Source: Methanobacteriota archaeon
GTDB lineage: Archaea > Thermoplasmatota > E2 > DHVEG-1
Length of the DNA stretch: 64,000 bases
NCBI GenBank assembly: GCA_963769885.1
Contig: CAVYNH010000001.1
Span: 13,234-77,233 of the forward strand
Direction: 5' to 3'
Shown piece after piece: positions 60,085-64,000 of this stretch; within the stretch, counting starts at the first letter, position 1; each line of letters opens with the position of its first letter. The position numbers were made by a program, and so were the translations under genes. The notes under the pieces are model-generated. The model did not search any database, had not been told where the DNA came from, and saw only the letters and a program-made list of their open reading frames with translations.

Positions 60085-61355
60085 TTCTTGACCTTCAACA
60101 CAGAACCCAACGACCCCCCACCCTTGATCTCCTCACGAGTCCGATTCTCCTGCTCCTTGACATCCAAGGCACGGTTTGCCGCCTCCTGGGCTTCCTCCTG
60201 AGGCACCACGACAACCCCGGAGTCGTCCCCCACGATCCAATCGCCGGTGCGGACGAGCTGCCCACCACAGGTGATTTCCCCGCCGATGTCGCCGAACCCC
60301 TTGGGCTCACCCGCGCTCGGGGCCGTGGACCGAGCAAAAACCGGCAGCCGAATCCCCGGCAGGTCGTCCACGTCCCGGACGGCACCATCAATCACGACAC
60401 CGGCAAGCCCTTTACCCTTCGCGCTCCAAGTAGCGAGTTCCCCCCAGACTGCGGTCCTCCCCCCATGGGCAGCGACCACCAACACCGTGCCTTGAGTGGC
60501 CTTGTCGATAGCTTCGATAGGCTTCGCCCAGTCGCCGTTCATTGTCTCCACGGTCAATGCAGGCCCGACCATACGGAGGCCAGGGATGATGCTATGGATA
60601 TCATGCATCGCCCCGTGCTTATGCATCGCATCTGAGAGGTTCGGGGTGGAGACTTGTTCAAACGCCTGCCGAAGCGCATGGGCATCATATTTCTTCTGAA
60701 TAGCGGTAGGAATAGGCTTCTTTGTCATGATCGCCTTCTTGATCGCCCGGGTCGCCGCAACGACATCCTTCGCCTTGGTGATGGCACCGCCAACGATGAT
60801 GATAGACGCCCCCCTTTTGACGAGTTCAGGGGCGGTCTCGCTGTTCACACCTCCAGCGACAGCGAGCGGAATCCGTGCTTTTAAGGAAAGCTGAGCGAGG
60901 AAGTCGAGGGGGCCGATGCCACGCATCTGCTGGTCGATGCCAACATGAATGCAGAGGTAGTCCACCCCCAGGTTTTCAACTGTCGATGCCCGCTTCAGGG
61001 GGTTGGGGACGTTAAGGAGGTCTACCATGATTTTGGCACCGTACTTGCGTGCGGCTTTGACGGACTCGCGAATTGTGCCGTCGTCGGCGGCGCCCAGGAT
61101 ACAGACGATGTCTGCGCCGGCTTTGGCCGCGATCTCAGTCTCAAGGGACCCGGTGTCCATGGTCTTCATATCGGCGACGATCAGATGGTGGGGGAATTCG
61201 TCTTTGAGTCGCCGGATGATGTCGAGGCCTTCGCTTTTGATGAGTGGTGTGCCGGCCTCCAGCCAGTCGGCGCCCGCGCTGACCGCTGCTTTCGCTATTT
61301 TGATGGCCCGGTCTGCATTAATAAAATCCAAGGCGATTTGCAGGTAGACGGTCAT
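60063..61355 (-). CDS. hxlA: 3-hexulose-6-phosphate synthase fused to an RraA/DlpA-like domain
   Basis: LQIALD, EAGTPLIK, ADMKTMD, HVGIDQQ; C-terminal WGEL, VIDGAVRD, GDDSGVV. Confidence 0.9.
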   Translation of the reverse strand: MTVYLQIALDFINADRAIKIAKAAVSAGADWLEAGTPLIKSEGLDIIRRLKDEFPHHLIVADMKTMDTGSLETEIAAKAGADIVCILGAADDGTIRESVKAARKYGAKIMVDLLNVPNPLKRASTVENLGVDYLCIHVGIDQQMRGIGPLDFLAQLSLKARIPLAVAGGVNSETAPELVKRGASIIIVGGAITKAKDVVAATRAIKKAIMTKKPIPTAIQKKYDAHALRQAFEQVSTPNLSDAMHKHGAMHDIHSIIPGLRMVGPALTVETMNGDWAKPIEAIDKATQGTVLVVAAHGGRTAVWGELATWSAKGKGLAGVVIDGAVRDVDDLPGIRLPVFARSTAPSAGEPKGFGDIGGEITCGGQLVRTGDWIVGDDSGVVVVPQEEAQEAANRALDVKEQENRTREEIKGGGSLGSVLKVKKWEKKVG

Positions 61356-61635
61356 GGCGGTCCGAAGATAGCATCCCCTAGATTTTAAAGATACCGTTCA
61401 GGCTGGATGTTCGGTGAATGCCCAACGTTTTCTGAGCCTATATAAGGGTTCAGGTACCATACTGTTCTTTGGTGGTTGAAACCTATGAACTCAGGAACCA
61501 AGCAATTCCTTTCACTTCTCATCCTAGTGTCGGTCTTAGTGATAGTGGCAAAGATCTATCTTAATGTATAAAGAGAGGTTTTGAAAAACATTAAATACGG
61601 GCCCGGAGCATAGGAGCCTGGGGGAAGCTTGATCC

Positions 61636-62793
61636 ATGGCCTCTCAGAATTCACGTCGACTTCATAGCCTCGTCTGTCTCGGTCTTCTGTTGATACTGTC
61701 GGTCCCGTTGTCGGTTTTCGGTCCCTCTGCGGTATCCCGTCCGTTGGCGCCGTATCATTATCATACCTATGCTGAGTTGACTGAGGAGCTTGAGGCACTG
61801 GCGACCAAGCATCCTGATATCATGTCCGTATCGTCGATTGGTCGGACATTTGAGGGTCGGGACATCTGGCTGGTGAAATTGTCTCGCAATGTCAGCGTGG
61901 AGGAGCAGGAGCCGAGCCTCCTGTTCATGGCTGCGCACCATGGCAATGAGAAGCCCGGCTACGAGGTCATCCTGTTTTTCATCAAGTACATGGTCGAGAA
62001 TTATTCGAGGCCGAACACGGATGATGATGGGGACGGGTTGCTTAATGAGGATCCGATCGATGGCGTGGACAATGACCATGATGGCCGTATTGACGAGGAT
62101 CCGAGCGAGGATCTGGTCCGTTCGACGTTGAACAGCACGCAGGTGTTCTTGATCGCGATGGTGAACCCCGATGGGGTGGAGGCGAATTCCCGCAAGAACT
62201 GCGTCCCGAACCATGGTCCTTTCGGCTACGCGAAGAACGTCACATCGTATGGGGTGAACCTGAATCGCAATTACGATGACCCGTGGGTCTTGTATTATCT
62301 CTTGCCGTCGCAGTACGGGTGTGTCTTCTGCATGGAGGATTCCAGTTTCAATTATCACGGGCCGTACCCGTTCTCTGAGAATGAGACGCGGGCGGTTAAG
62401 GCGTTCGCGGAGTCGCACAATCTCTCTGTGTCGATCTCCTATCATACCTATGGGGAGTTTATCTTCTATCCCTGGATGCATACATCGCGGCCGGTGCCGG
62501 ATGAGTCGACCTTCTTGTCCCTCGGGGAGAACATGTCTCGAATCACTGGGTATACGCTGGATGTCGGTGGGTCGTACCTCATCCCTCGGTACAGCGGGAC
62601 GTTGGGGACGTCAGAGAATTTCTTGTATCGAACGTGCGGGGTGTACGCATTCACAGTCGAGTTGTGTTCGCAGCGCGCGCCGACAGATCCCGCGGTGGTG
62701 TATCGGACGTGCCTGACGCAGACGGGGGTGCATTTGTACCTATGTCAGCGAGCGTTGTCGCTGCCGGTAGCGAAGATCCGTCACATGTCATAA
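61636..62793 (+). CDS. Secreted M14 zinc carboxypeptidase
   Basis: HHGNE, NPDG, RKN, GVNLNRNY, SENET, SYHTY, TVEL. Confidence 0.93.
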   Translation: MASQNSRRLHSLVCLGLLLILSVPLSVFGPSAVSRPLAPYHYHTYAELTEELEALATKHPDIMSVSSIGRTFEGRDIWLVKLSRNVSVEEQEPSLLFMAAHHGNEKPGYEVILFFIKYMVENYSRPNTDDDGDGLLNEDPIDGVDNDHDGRIDEDPSEDLVRSTLNSTQVFLIAMVNPDGVEANSRKNCVPNHGPFGYAKNVTSYGVNLNRNYDDPWVLYYLLPSQYGCVFCMEDSSFNYHGPYPFSENETRAVKAFAESHNLSVSISYHTYGEFIFYPWMHTSRPVPDESTFLSLGENMSRITGYTLDVGGSYLIPRYSGTLGTSENFLYRTCGVYAFTVELCSQRAPTDPAVVYRTCLTQTGVHLYLCQRALSLPVAKIRHMS

Positions 62794-62931
62794 GAGGACG
62801 AAAACTTTTGGAGAGAATGGGGACTAGTGAGGTGGTGAGGAGATGTGTGAAAAATATTTACTCCCCATTCTCTCTGGTACTGGCATTAGGAAGGTTTACT
62901 ATATAAATTTTTATATAAAATACTTATTAAG

Positions 62932-64000
62932 TTAATAAGAGCTGCCGTGGGGCTGGTCCCAGTATCGCTTCATTAGGGTAGGGGGTTTTTCGTTGTCGGT
63001 ATACTGTCCGCCCCAGGCATTATGGCCTGATTTTTCGTCGGCGTCGATGGCGTGTTGCAGCATAGTCAGCATTTTTTTGTCGGTGAATCCAAGCTCTTTC
63101 ATCTTCTTTGGCGTGGGGACGCCGTTTGGGGTCCAGCCGCGGCGGTAGTAGACCGCGTCCGCGAGTTTCTGGTACTGGTTCTGGCGGTAGTCGTAGAGGA
63201 GCTGGAGGCGTCTGTAGATGTCCATTTTTTCGAGGTCTGGTTTGGGGATGCCGAGTTTTTCGATGAGTTGGGTGTCGTAGCGGTCTTTGCGTGAGAGGTA
63301 TTCCATTTCGGTGACGGGTCCCATGGAGCGGTAGGGGATCCAGTCGTCTTTGCGGCGGCCGCGGCCCATCCAGACGTTCATGGCGCGCTGCCAGTTGTAG
63401 CAGCGTTCGCTTTGCAGGATGAGGTCGTCTTTGGCGGCATGCCCGCCGGTGACCGCGTTTTGGACGTCGACGTAGTTTTGGACGTGCTCCGGGACTTTGG
63501 GTGGTTCGCTGGTCTGCGCGTTGTCGGCGGGTTCGATGTCGTTCCAGGGGAGTTTGCAGAGGCCGTTGAGGCCGAACCAGGTGCGCCACATGGGGAAGTA
63601 GTGGAGGGCCTCAGCCTTGTCCTTGAAGGTAGGGATGGCGTTGTTGACCATGTCCATGAAGATGAGCCAGGCTTCGTCATGCTGCGGCCCTTTCAATGTG
63701 AGGCCGTAGCCGCCCTGCATGGCGAGGGATTCTTTGGTGACGTACTCGGAGTATTCGAGGCCTTTGCTTTCCATGCCGCAGTCTTCGACGAGCTGTCTGG
63801 GGCCCCAGCCGTTCTGTTCGATCCAATCTTTAACGCGGCGGATGCCTTTGCTGGCGACTTGGAGGAACGGGCCGGTGTCGCCGCGGGCTATGCGGTGCAT
63901 GAACTCCAGGACGGCTTCTGCGTTTCCGAAGCACAATTCGAGGCCGTCGCAGCGGTCCTTGGTGAGGATGCCGTATTCGTACATCTCCATGTAGAAGGCG
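62932..64000 (-). CDS. aor: Aldehyde:ferredoxin oxidoreductase family tungstoenzyme (5' part beyond the window)
   Basis: EMYEYG, KGLE, GLCKLP, YYRRGW.PNGVP...ELG. Confidence 0.9.
   Translation of the reverse strand, partial: AFYMEMYEYGILTKDRCDGLELCFGNAEAVLEFMHRIARGDTGPFLQVASKGIRRVKDWIEQNGWGPRQLVEDCGMESKGLEYSEYVTKESLAMQGGYGLTLKGPQHDEAWLIFMDMVNNAIPTFKDKAEALHYFPMWRTWFGLNGLCKLPWNDIEPADNAQTSEPPKVPEHVQNYVDVQNAVTGGHAAKDDLILQSERCYNWQRAMNVWMGRGRRKDDWIPYRSMGPVTEMEYLSRKDRYDTQLIEKLGIPKPDLEKMDIYRRLQLLYDYRQNQYQKLADAVYYRRGWTPNGVPTPKKMKELGFTDKKMLTMLQHAIDADEKSGHNAWGGQYTDNEKPPTLMKRYWDQPHGSSY

Overview
Archaeal DNA, most consistent with a Thermoplasmatota lineage of the MBG-D/Thermoprofundales type. This is inferred from the thermosome next to bacterial-type grpE-dnaK, topoisomerase VI, TYW1, rpl37e-Lsm, rps13-rps4-rps11-rpoD, AsnRS, and many secreted gingipain (C25), papain (C1) and M14 peptidases. 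A GC-rich housekeeping backbone is interrupted by several AT-rich accessory segments. (1) 1-5364 is a cargo transposon with both ends present: TGT...ACA termini built of 14-bp tandem units, a SWIM+DDE transposase, a methylase-Mrr fusion, a RipA-like membrane protein and a wHTH/PUR-like + TGT-fold gene pair (several frameshifts). (2) tRNA-Pro(CGG) is followed by a tandem array of small integrase-less cassettes bounded by repeated att-like sites, each carrying a secreted-protein gene; one contains an IS200-type element. (3) A SipW/TasA-like filament locus includes a subunit with a putative Cys-Gln thioester adhesin domain and a 1520-aa gingipain-like protease. (4) A toxin-antitoxin islet sits between 17-bp direct repeats at the top6A stop. 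(5) A 153-bp MITE with an 8-bp TSD and a tRNA 3' relic flank a UbiA gene. No rRNA or CRISPR array was seen. All calls come from motif reading only; no database searches were run.
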